From Antedon mediterranea (lineage: Eukaryota; Animalia; Echinodermata): 64,000 nucleotides of DNA. Under the pieces are notes generated by a model that was not told where the DNA came from, made no database searches, and was given only the letters and a program-made list of their open reading frames with translations. Both the position numbers and the translations under genes were made by a program. Each line of letters opens with the position of its first letter. Position 1 is the first letter of the stretch. The stretch covers positions 6,066,201 through 6,130,200 of the forward strand of contig NC_092670.1 in assembly GCF_964355755.1 (NCBI RefSeq), read 5' to 3'. This document shows, piece by piece, positions 23,621-35,200 of the stretch.

Positions 23621-23830
23621 GGGGTGCCTTATACAAGCTTCGTTTTGGGCTGCCTTATACAAGCTTCGCTTTGGGCTGCCTTATACAAGCTTCGCTTTGG
23701 GCTGCCTTATACAAGCTTTGCTTTTTTGGAATGTTGCCCCTCTTATTTTAATCATATTTACTGTTAATTTTTATATTCTATGAAAGAGAAGAAGAGAAAT
23801 AAATGTTACTTTGATTGATTGATTGATTGA
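23621..23830 (+). repeat. LINE 3' tail with a 26-bp x4 tandem repeat and (GATT)n end
   Basis: TGCCTTATACAAGCTTCGCTTTGGGC repeats at 23625, 23651, 23677 and 23703. The tail 23758-23830 matches 53031-53105 in reverse complement. Confidence 0.75.
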
Positions 23831-23986
23831 AACAGGACAAATTTTCAATAACTGATAACCAAAAACTATTGACTTAGCAGTTAGGATATCAACAAAAATT
23901 TAACCAAGCTATAATGACCAAACAACCAAAACATAGATTAGGCCTAACAAATGTCAAATGTATTTATATTTATTTTTTTTTTTCAG

Positions 23987-24174
23987 ACATACATTGGTTC
24001 CATATTGGCAGCAGTTAATCCATACAAGACCATTCCAAACCTGTATGATTTTGAAGTAATGGAAGCGTACGATAAACGACACATTGGTGATCTACCTCCG
24101 CACATCTACGCCATAGCAAACGACGCATATTATTCAATGTGGAAACAAACAGCAAATCAGTGTGTTCTTATCAG
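23987..24174 (+). CDS. MYO10: Myosin-X motor exon
   Basis: TYIGSILAAVNPYKTIPNLY...LPPHIYAIANDAYYSMWKQTANQCVLIS; TYIGSILA.VNPY and W....NQC.LIS match class X myosin. Confidence 0.95.
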
Positions 24175-25274
24175 GTGAGTTCCGCATTTCCTTTATACTG
24201 AAGAAGGCACACCTATAACCATTTAATTTAGCACACACTTCCAAATAACATTAAAATGATATAAGCCATTATGTGAATTTGTCTTTTTTGTGTCTAGCTT
24301 ACCATACCAGAATATAGGATTGTTATCCTACAGTAGGGAAGAGCTGTCTAAAAAAAAACCTGTGTTTTGCAGTTGTTTGCAATTTCCGCCTTCCCTTTAT
24401 TTTGAGCTGCCATGAATGAATGGATTGGGTGTGTGGTTGAGTGGCAGTGTTTATAGGCCATACCATCTATTCTTAGGGTGTTCTCATTCATAATTGTTTT
24501 CCTTTGTTGAAATAACACCAATGTCAGGATGAAGTTTAGCAGTCAGACGAATAAAACCATCTATCACTTACCGTATTTATTCAAATAAACGCCTCCCCAA
24601 TAAAAGAAAATCTAAAACAAAAACAATAAAAATAAAATAAATACAATATAAGCATGATAAAAAGATGATTAAGTACAGTATTCAGATGGATAGTGAGTAG
24701 TATTTTACTAATGTTTTAAAAGTAACAGAAAGTTTTATTTTTGTAGAGAAGTCATTCCATAGTTTGGGTCCCTTAATCTAGTGAGTACTTTAGTCGATAT
24801 CCATGTCTACAAATACTTTAACACGCCCTAATGTGATGAATGAAAAATTATTACATTTCCAATATTGTCTCAAAGGAGCATGCTTTGCATTTGCCCAAAT
24901 TAGACAGCCATGCAGATAATGAGGCATTTACTTAATTAACTGATGTTGATATGGATGAATGCACAAAGCCTTGCTCTGATTTATCAACCAATCATCTTTA
25001 AACTATTTAAATTTAGCATTTCTGTTTTAATGATCAGTCTCAGATTTGTAGATTTGTTCGAAATTAAAATAGAAACTATAATGATAGTAAGTTAATAAAA
25101 AGATGATGGATACTAGTTAATTTAGTTAATTTAGATATTTAAAGGAAACACTGTACAGTATTGCTAAGTATTAGATTTTAATTAGCATCTAATTATATAT
25201 AAAATAATGAACTTTCGCTTTCTCATTCAAGGAGTGGCAAAGAAAATTAACCATTCTTATAATACTGTTTCAGT

Positions 25275-25430
25275 AGAGTCAATGGCCGAGCAGTTTAGGC
25301 AGGTGCGCCGTTTACCGTACTTTAAGAGCCAACAATATCGGCAGAGTTCGACTTGCGCCTAGTTCTGGTGGTGGAACAAGTCTTCTCAGATAAGGACTAT
25401 AAACTGTAGGTCCGGTGTACAGATATAACC
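25275..25430 (+). mobile_element. Partial copy of the same tRNA/Deu-like SINE (5' part)
   Basis: TGGCCGAGCAG...GTTCGACT...GTTCTGGTGGTGGAACAAGTCTTCTCAGATAAGGACTATAAACTGTAGGTCC aligns to 17447-17585. Confidence 0.7.
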
Positions 25431-25857
25431 TGTGTGGTTCACAAATAGCCCCTGTATCATGAGGTTTACCTACCTATCTAATGATTAATTTAATACTATT
25501 GGTAGTCCTTGGCCACATGCCCCTAGACATAAAAAAAAAAAATTTAGTTTTTACCAGCTAAGTGAGAGTGGACCATTAAATAACGACGATCATTGATATC
25601 ATATTTTGTTTCACACTAAAAGTAAAACACTAAAAATATCCTGATTCAGACCTATGCATATTATATGACAGTAAAGAAACTAGTATAATATCAATACAAG
25701 TTTTTTCATAGAGCATGGTACTGTATTTCCATATACTGTACTACCTGGAATCAAAACCACAAGCACTAATTGACTGCAGTGGTTTCCTACAATAACAGCA
25801 AATCGTCTTTAATTGTTAAAGTTGATACAGAGTGTGTGGTCAGTGTATCATTAGTAT

Positions 25858-26734
25858 GGGCCCGTTTCTGCTGCCAACCCAAAATATACCGTATAAATAT
25901 ACCGTATAAATATACCGTATATGAAATTCGTGCACCGTTTCCGCTGCACATACTTCGTGGGTGGGTTGTAAAAAAGTTGGCTTTCATTACCCAAAATGCA
26001 TTTCGTGAGACGGAAGTATGGATTGACCTAGAGTCTCGTGTAGTGAGGTTACATGACAGCATTGCTTTCTATTTTAAATCTAATGAGCAGAAGTGGCAAC
26101 GAATTTACACCGCACATACAAGCACAATCTAGAAATGTCACTATAAATAAACTCTGTTATTCAAATTGAGTTTATATTATGCTATATTATCCTATATTGC
26201 CGTTTTAATTTCCATTTTCTATTATACAGTATTTTACCATGATTTTACATCACGTTGTTGTCGTGTAAGAACATTCGATTTATGGTAATTAAAATCTCGG
26301 TATCTCTTCTGTTGCCATGCAGTCTCCCCCCCAACCTTCGCTTCCCCCCACAATTGAATTGCAAAAATAGTGATTTGTTCGGTCCACAGTGACATTTTGA
26401 TCTGTTGCTTGCTTTTACACGTGTGTTTCAACTTTCAATGCAGCAGAAAAACCAAAACAAACGCGTCGCGCTCTGTTAGTTTTTGACCTCGTGTCACGAG
26501 TCGGGTCACATTTACGGTATATTTTGAGTGCAGCAGAAATGGGGTACGAAATATACGGTATATTTTGGAATATACCGTATAATATCCACAAACGATGGGG
26601 ATATTTATACGGTATATATACCGCATATATATACGGTATATTTTTTATGAGACCCATTTCTGCTGCCAAAAAATATACCGTATATAAAATATACCGTATA
26701 TATACGGTATATTTTTGGCAGCAGAAACGGGGCC
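25858..26734. mobile_element. PIF/Harbinger-type MITE with subterminal ATATACCGTAT repeats
   Basis: TIRs GGGCCCGTTTCTGCTGCCAA / TTGGCAGCAGAAACGGGGCC; 3-bp target duplication TAT on both sides; no coding capacity. Confidence 0.85.
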
Positions 26735-28154
26735 TATGTTCATGTTTACCACCCACAAAGAAGGAAACAAAATACTAATTATGATAAGATAGATCAATTC
26801 ATGGTCATTTATTCATTAGCAACTGACTGATGTTTCTCTGATACAAGGAAAAGCAGATTATGAAATAATTATAGATCTGAAACTGTCTTTAACAAAATCA
26901 AATGTTTTGTTAAATTGTAATGTCCATATGTCTGTTGTTTTTAATTACAAGTTTGACTTCGATGACATGAAATGGCAACTTTATATGATTTGACAACAAT
27001 TTAACAAAAACAACAAACAAGGAAACAACATAATAATAATACTAGTAGAAGGCCTCTAAACTTAAATTATTACAAAATTGTCAAACTTCAGAGTTGTCTA
27101 AAGGTTAATTTATTTATAAATGATATATTCTTCAAAAAAAACAATTGTATGAATGGCATTTCTAGAATAAAACAGGAAAGCAACAGGAGAGCAAAGAAGT
27201 ACATTAATCCAGGGAAGAGTTAAATTACATTGTAATTTAACTCTTCCCTGATTAATCATACCTAGCCAGGTCTATGCCATAAATAATCTTTTCTTTATTA
27301 ACTCCCTTTGTCCATAGTGCTGCCTTTGTCTTAACTTTAAGGCAAACCCCACCCAGTTCTTCTTCCTTAATTATTCAGTTACAACAAGATAAGCAACCGA
27401 AAATATGACTTCACCAAACTGGCAACCCCCTTTCCTTTCAAAATCCTGGCTTCAGTGAAGAAGGCCAAAATGTATTAACTGTACTTGTTAAAAGTACTAT
27501 ACATAATATAGATCATCGACATTGATTTATGCTACCATTTTGAATTTGAAATAAACTGACTTCAAAAACATCAACAAATGAATCTTTACATTCATTCTCA
27601 ACTTCAAGAAAACCACACTGTACATTTATAGGCCTAAACCTACGAAACGAATGTTACGATTTTATCGGAATATTTTTTTTTTGTCATTTGTAAAAAATTT
27701 AGAAAAAAATAGAGGAGGCTCGGAAATCAGGAGAAGGCCTAGAAACTTAGCAACTATATACTTTTTACTACATTTCTCCATGCATAAGTAACCAATTGTT
27801 TTGTTGTGAAGAAGAAATGAGTTCAATATACCATGTGTCATGTGTGACACACTAAATACATCTAGTTTAATCAAACACAGATAAATGATAACACACAAAT
27901 ATTTATCTTCAGTAGAACAATGTGATACAATCCATCTGTAATGTATTGAATCTGTAAATTTATCCAAAGTGACATTCCAATTGACAGTTGGATATAAAGT
28001 GGTAATGATGGTAAACACACATGAACATGATGTCACTGGATAATGTCAACACCTTATGTTGTTAATGTAAACAAAATAATGTTGTAAGTGAGATGTAAAG
28101 ATTTAAGTTATGTCATTAGGAAATGTGTAGACATGATGTAATTAGCACTACTAA

Positions 28155-29779
28155 AGGTATGTTCAGACTCACGGAGTCACGGTGGAGTTATCTACGCAAG
28201 GCGTACGGTAATCCGTGGCGTTAAAAGCCAAGGTGTTTAGACACAACGATCAACATTCCAATGCCTAGTCTGTGTTCCAGACGGAGTTTTGTCTTAATAT
28301 TAGTAAAAAGATATTTATTTTGGCACATATGGCGTTTCATACGTATACTACTTGATTTTGGATACTCCGGCTGGGGAAACACGCACAAGTCATGTGGTTT
28401 GACACCAAGAATTCTTGGTGCATACGATTATCCGGTTTACTTGTTTCAGCTGCATGCGATTGGCTACTCACTCGTACACCGTTTTAATATTCATATTTTA
28501 GAATTTCAAAGACTCAACAACTAAGATGATGCGCATGCGCTATGTTACGTACGGTACTTGGGTACATTGATGAAAGTTTCTGAAGGCTAGAAATTATTTT
28601 ATATGCCTAGTAGTCTGGTAAACATTTGATGGGATTTTTCCCAAGAACATGAAAACTCGTCTTGATATGATAGGCTAGCTTCTCCGCAAATCAAACATTG
28701 AATGGATCATTTATTACGCGGAGATAATTTTGATTTAATTCCCACCCAGACCCTGTCCTGTTCTGTGTGGTGGTGTAGCCCTGTTGTGTGCCGGTGGTGG
28801 TATGTAGGCCTACTTTATTGGCTCTTTTATTTGGCAGGTCATACGTTCGAGTTGAGTAGGACCTACGAGGGAGGCCTAGGCCAAGGACTAAACAATTAAT
28901 AAACAAAAAACTTGGCATTACGATTTTATATTTCAACAGTCTCGATCAGCACTGTACGTACTCGATCTTTTTCATTTTGAAACAAAATGATAATTGCTTG
29001 ATTTGAAATCCATATTTACATACCGCCCACCCCATATAGCCAAATACGGTATGATAACCTACGTCATTCTTATCAGATGTTTGCGGTCTGCAAATCGATT
29101 TCTATACGTGTTTCACAGGTCTGTATTTTCAGACAAAAATCGCGGTCGAAATAAAAACAAATAAATAAAAAAAAAAGATAATACAGACTTGGGGCAAGTC
29201 TACCCAATGCCTTGTGTTTTAAAACACTCTGATCAGGTCAAAGCAGATAGAACTATATGTATACATTCATAAAAATGCATAAAAGTTTACATCGTTTACA
29301 TTGGTTTTTTTTAAATTTTTATTTATATAATGTTTACCTTCAATTATACTGATTTGTTCTTACTACTTGTAGAATTGCATTTTAATTCAAAATAATTTAA
29401 AACGTAATTGTTACACGGACAATTATCTGATTAATTGATTTAATTTATGAGATATCATATTACTGACGCCAACTTTAATGTTCTTAAAAATCAGAACCCG
29501 AAAATACATTTGACATAACAATTTCGCTGTCATATCATAGGGTACGGGTATGTAGTGGTTGTCTGCTAATCGTGGTCGTGTATTTTCATTAGATAAGGTT
29601 AAAATCACTGATGCATCACTGGATTAGCGTTATGAAATCTACCCTCTTCCGCTAGAGTTATTAACGCCACTGGCGCGGAGTAACAGCTTCATAATGCTAA
29701 TCCGCGGCATGGTTCAGACACAAAAATATGTACGCCGCTTACATAACTCCACCGTAACTCCGTGAGTCCGAACATACCC
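28155..29779. mobile_element. Non-autonomous PIF/Harbinger element, family B copy 1 (1625 bp)
   Basis: About 36-bp TIRs (A/G)GGTATGTTCAGACTCACGGAGT(C/T)ACGGTGGAGTTAT; TAA target duplication at 28152-28154 and 29780-29782. Confidence 0.9.
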
Positions 29780-30109
29780 TAAGATTTACTACTTCATCAA
29801 AGTCCTTTATTTTAGCACAATCTTAGATTTTCACAAATTTTAATAAAAAATGATTCAGTTACAGATTTAAAGAATGTTATTATTTATTTTTTTATTCTTT
29901 ATACTGGGTAGCCTCTTCAGTATAAAACTGTTCTCCCAAAGAAAAAACATTAAATTTACTTGATCAGAATGAATGCATAGAAATGGAATAAAGTCCCAAA
30001 GTTGTCTATGCATTGTCAATTGGAAAATAGTAAACATCAACCAGATCCTTGCTGTTGTATGAATGAATTCTGTATATTGTAGCGCCATTCCAATGAGAGA
30101 TTGTTTGTG

Positions 30110-30620
30110 GCAAGATACAGTAGGCCCAAAACAGAATACATTGATAACATACCGGTACGTAAGAGGGTGCGAGAATATCCCAGTACAAGTAGAGCATGCA
30201 GTACAATGACATGATGTGAGAGCATACTTTACCAGACTTAAATGGTGCAAGCATAGTATGCAGTAGGATAACATACAATATGAGGGCAAAAGATATGAGA
30301 ACATGCAATATGGGCGCTTGAGGTCCGAGAGCATACAGTTTGAATGCATACAATTGGGGGCTTTATGTATACAGTAAATAGATGTATATGGTACAAAGGC
30401 ATGCTGGCTACAGAGGACATTATTAATAATTATAGTATAGTGGATACGATGTGAAGGCATACTGCGAGAGAACATAGTACAATGGACATTAGTGCTTACA
30501 GTAGGATGTGTGCAACAAGGAATATGTTGTAGGGCATATACAATAACAGGCAATGCGATGGCATATGGTTGAGGGAATACAGTAAAGTGCTAGTAGTATG
30601 AGGCTGTGCAATATGTATCG
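30110..30620. repeat. Degenerate purine-rich minisatellite
   Basis: Recurrent GAGAGCATACAGTA / GAACATGCAATATG-like motifs with strong strand asymmetry. Confidence 0.5.
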
Positions 30621-31984
30621 GAATCTGAAAATCTTAATTCAAAAATTTATTGGAATTCACCAGCATCGGTTATCAGGGCTGATAGTAGGATGGTTGCTAC
30701 TTTCTTAACATCACATTAATGCAACACCTTGTCAATCATAAGTTTTAGTGCGATTGTCGGCTTGTAATTAAAGAGACATAGAACGTGTACATCACTCTCA
30801 TTTTAATACTAATCTCCATGATGACATGACACATGTTGTTTAATCATGGAGTAATATTGTTGGTTTAAAACTTAATGGACAGTGTAAACACTTTGAAATG
30901 TCATTTGTTATTATTAGGATGTGGACTATTAAACACATCAAGTGCTATGTCATTTTAAGCTGTGTGGCTATTCACTTTGTCATTATCTTGATATTTACAA
31001 TCACTTAAATGTAATATATATCTCACTTTAGGTCAGATTAAGTATGCTTTATTATATGTTTATATATTCAATAAAGATGTTTGATTGATTGATTTGATTG
31101 AATGTCATGTTAAAATATCAAAGGATACATGGGAGGAGTCTCTTTCTGTTGCCATTACCAGAATCTATAGGTATAGTATATTGTTAAGATTACAATCAAG
31201 AAATCATTATTGCAATTTTCATAATCAGTGCATTTGAATAGATATTATGTCAATCCTTTGTTTTGAATTGGGATGGTTTCACACTGGAATCCTTTTAGTC
31301 AAATTAACCAGTCGCTGACTAAATTGAAAAAAAAAATGTCGAATTTAAACACTGGCTACAAATCCATCAGGGTGCAGTAGAATTATCATGGTCTCGATAA
31401 AACTAAACATGCTGACTAAAACGTCCACTCGGGTAAACTGCAGGACAGGACTTTTACCATTTTAAATTTGGTCAAACCAATGGTAAACTAAAACTAACAT
31501 TGTGAAGTTTTCCAAGTGTGAACAATGGGCAAATTTATTAATGGCCTTGGGTAAAGTTACCATGGTTAAATTTACAATTTTCCACATCCAGTGCGAACAA
31601 GCCTTTAAATTATACTCCTTTATTTTAGGATATTATAGATAAAGATCCATTTTGTCTTATAATTAAATAGCCAAGGCAGTTGTTCTTGATTTCACTCATT
31701 ACCGTAAATAGAAGGTTAAGCATCAGTACTTATGATGATGAGAATCCATGGTCAACTTTGTAAAAAACATTATTAGTTGATGATGCATTGGGACAGAAAT
31801 ACCTTTTCCACAGCTACCAATATATAATGGAAAAACATCACCACGACCAGCTGAATGAATGTTTACCAACTCCCTTGTACTATAGGTGGCAAATAACACT
31901 CCCTCTCATTCATAATGAGTGGAAAACATCAACAAGAACAATTGATATTTTAGGATTTTCTTATTCTTTAATGTGAATTATATG

Positions 31985-32252
31985 CACACAGGACCAACAA
32001 ATTTACATTCCATCTGAACGACGAGGAAATGAGAGTAAAGCATCTTGCCTATATATAAAATTAGTATGGTACATATAGGCACGAACCCATGCCTATCACA
32101 TGCTAGTCTGATATTATTAATTACACCATTCTTTCTGGTATATACAGCACCCCACATGATCCCAGATGATCTCCCATCCAGAACGCAACTGGGTCCAACG
32201 TTGCTTAACTTCAGTAACAAGAACCAGTGTTTCAACGCAGTATGGCCGTATA
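31985..32252 (-). mobile_element. 5S rRNA-derived plus tRNA-derived chimeric SINE (degenerate)
   Basis: Minus strand 32250-32143 reads TACGGCCATACTGCGTTGAAACACTGGTTCTTG...GAAGTTAAGCAACGTTGG...TGGATGGGAGA...GGGTGCTGTA, a degenerate 5S rRNA. It is followed by tRNA-like A and B boxes and a Deu-like motif. Confidence 0.7.
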
Positions 32253-35200
32253 TGAACAAATATTGTTTTGTTTGTATAATATTAATACATACATGCTTTT
32301 TAAAAGATAATATTCATAGTAGACACATGGTATAAAGCCTATGTTGAAACGCTTTGTTTACAACATTACACCATCACCAAAGACAAAGAATAATCTTTTA
32401 ATCATCTGTGATTGGTCTAAACCTGTGAAGAACTACCATTCTTACTTCCACAGATTGTACATGATAGTATTAATGAATAATATACAATGCAGTATCACAG
32501 GTTAAGTATGTACTAAAACAAAGACACCTAAAATATTAATAACACGTTTTCATACGTTCTTAAATATGTTGTTTTTCCACAAAAAAATTGTATACGCTGC
32601 AAATAAAAAATTATTATTATTTTATATGATCCATTTTAACTAGAAACTAATTGGGATTTTAGCGAGCTTTACAGATGAAGAAGACAGTTTTGGAAAATGT
32701 TCGATATTATTATTTATTATGGATTGTTTGCTGCAGTGAAATTTATTTTGCACAACAACAACAACAGCAATTTCAAACCTGTTTTCTGTAAAATAATATT
32801 ATCCTATTAAGTAGAGTGGAGTAGGTTTGTACAGTTTTGCACAGTTTAGAAATACTTGTTTTCTCTATGCTGTATAAAAAGTATTTCATAATGTATATGC
32901 TCACACAATAATTGACAGTTCAGAAAAATGGATTTGTGTCCAAGGTTGGCCAGAAATATTGAAAAGAGGAGATTGATTTTGCCTCAACCTGTGCTACAGA
33001 TGGGATGGGTGATCACACCGATCGTGTCATCTTTTACGCTTCCATGATCACCCAGATCATCATAATTCATAATATCTATCCATGCTTAGGTAAACTTTGT
33101 ATTGTTAACCACAGTGGTCAATTGAGTACAACTTTACATCTACTACAGTAGACAGACATCAAATGTGGGTCATAGTCCAATCCACAGAAAATGGACATTT
33201 GTCCTGTCTTCATGTATTTTGTAATGTACTGTACTATGGGTGACCGGTAAATAAGCTTTGTACTTGCGGTCATCCATTTGTTGTTATCATTTATAATGTA
33301 ATAACAAAAAAAAAAATTGAAACTTTGTAGTTCTACACACTATCAAGTATAACTATTTGTGAGGCATCAAATATCAAAAATTAAGTTTAAACAAAAATCA
33401 CACTAAAAATTGCTTAACATCAACATTTATAGTGTTAGTTGTCTGTAATGTAATGTAATGATCGCCTGTGCTTCCGACATCAAGCATCAAGGACACAGGC
33501 TTTTTTCCATTCTATTGCAATCAGGTTACCCCGTGTCTGGGTCCAGCTTCCCAGACCGTTGACTGATCCTAGAAAGCCCATCAGCCTTCATTAGAAAAGT
33601 TCATATTCATTTTGATTCGCTGTAACTGTATTTTGTCTTTTGTCTTTTATCTGGAAACTGACTGACGGCTCAGCTACAGTTCACTTAGGTTGACCCTGGT
33701 CTCCCCAATTTCAGTTTTTTTTTGTTATCAAATAGACCAAATAAATAATGAAATGAAATGAAATGTGCTTTGAAATGTTTTGATGCAAGGCGCAATATAA
33801 ATGGTTTATGTATGGTATGTATCAAGAGAGGAACAACATTTGAAATAAAATGTTTCTCCCACAGCTGAAGTTAAAAAAGCATAAATACAATAAACTGAAC
33901 ATGGAAGGTTTAAGAAAGGAATGACAAAATCATTTCACATAGTTAGGGATCATGTCAAATTCTACTGCAGTTACTGCAGTAAACTTAATTAATCAATTTA
34001 TTTAGCAAGTAATCACTGTTATTAGAGTGAATGCTTCATAAACTTCTACATTGAAACAGACTAAACCATACATTATTGCAAGGAATAAATGTAGTTAAGC
34101 CTACTGCAGTGAAACAGTAGAATAATTTCGACATTAAATATTTATTATTATTTTGACATTAATTTTGATCAAATAATGAAACAATTATGCTTATTTTAAC
34201 TATAAAAACAAAAAAGGGATAGGAAGCTGGGGAGTGGCAAGTTATCTAGACATATTTAACATGTTGAATTTGTTTTGTAGAAATAGACAATTCTCGATGA
34301 AAATCCTACTTCTGTTATTATTCCTATATAATGGACAGTAAAATATAAAAAACTATATTAATCATATCCAGCTCGTGTCCACACTTTAATTTATATATTC
34401 ACTTTCTATAATGTATTAATCAATTTAGATAAGCATGCATAATTAATTACAACATTCATTATGTTAATTACCAAATAAAAATCAAACATATCAAGTGTTT
34501 CTACAATAAATCACTACCTAAATGTTATGACATTTTTCTTATAAATGTTAATATGAAAGTTATTTAATATTGTGAAGACAAAAATATAGGAATTCAAAGT
34601 ATTTTATTTCTTAATGTTCAGAATGTAAAATTCTCCTGAGAGAGTCTTGTTTATTCCTGGAATGCAAACTTGTATTGAATCTTAATGAATAAGAATTATG
34701 ATAATGTTTATGATGACAATATGATATTTGATCTGACTGAAGCAAGGATATATAGAGTTTAAATGCATTAGCATATTCAAGGATAGATGAAAAGGGTGTG
34801 TGACATGATCTTTAAACAGTAGAAAGAGGTAGCAACTAAAGGCTGTGATTTATACAATATAAACACAATTATATATTTAATGCTATGTGTGTTGCAGGTC
34901 CACTTTTTATTAAAAAATCTCAAAAGAACTGTTTTCCGTTTTTGGTTGTTCGATCAGACTGCACTCAACATTTTAAAATAGAAGGGTGAAATTGCCAAAA
35001 CCAGGGCCTAAACAAGTTTTTTTTTTAAATATTAAATGAAGTGCTGAACTAGCCTACTACTATATTTTGCATTGTATTACTGCCTCTCCCCTTTTTAGTT
35101 TTTATCCAACTAGGAAAATTATAATAAAAGTTTTAGTTTTCTCTGCACTTAATTTATTACTTACTTTAGGAAAGAATAATATTTCAAAATTTAATGAAGT

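Noticed and set aside
25770-26778. Tyr/Ile-rich ORFs, and repeats that superficially resemble a CRISPR array
   Set aside because: They derive from ATATACCGTAT subterminal repeats of a MITE; there is no repeat-spacer periodicity and the context is eukaryotic.
29867-30553. 228-aa minus-strand ORF and overlapping ORFs
   Set aside because: They lie on a degenerate strand-biased minisatellite; the Cys/His/Tyr-rich composition has no recognisable domain.
32143-32252. Functional 5S rRNA gene
   Set aside because: It has an internal deletion, many CpG-type substitutions and no oligo-T terminator, is a single copy and is fused to SINE-like sequence.
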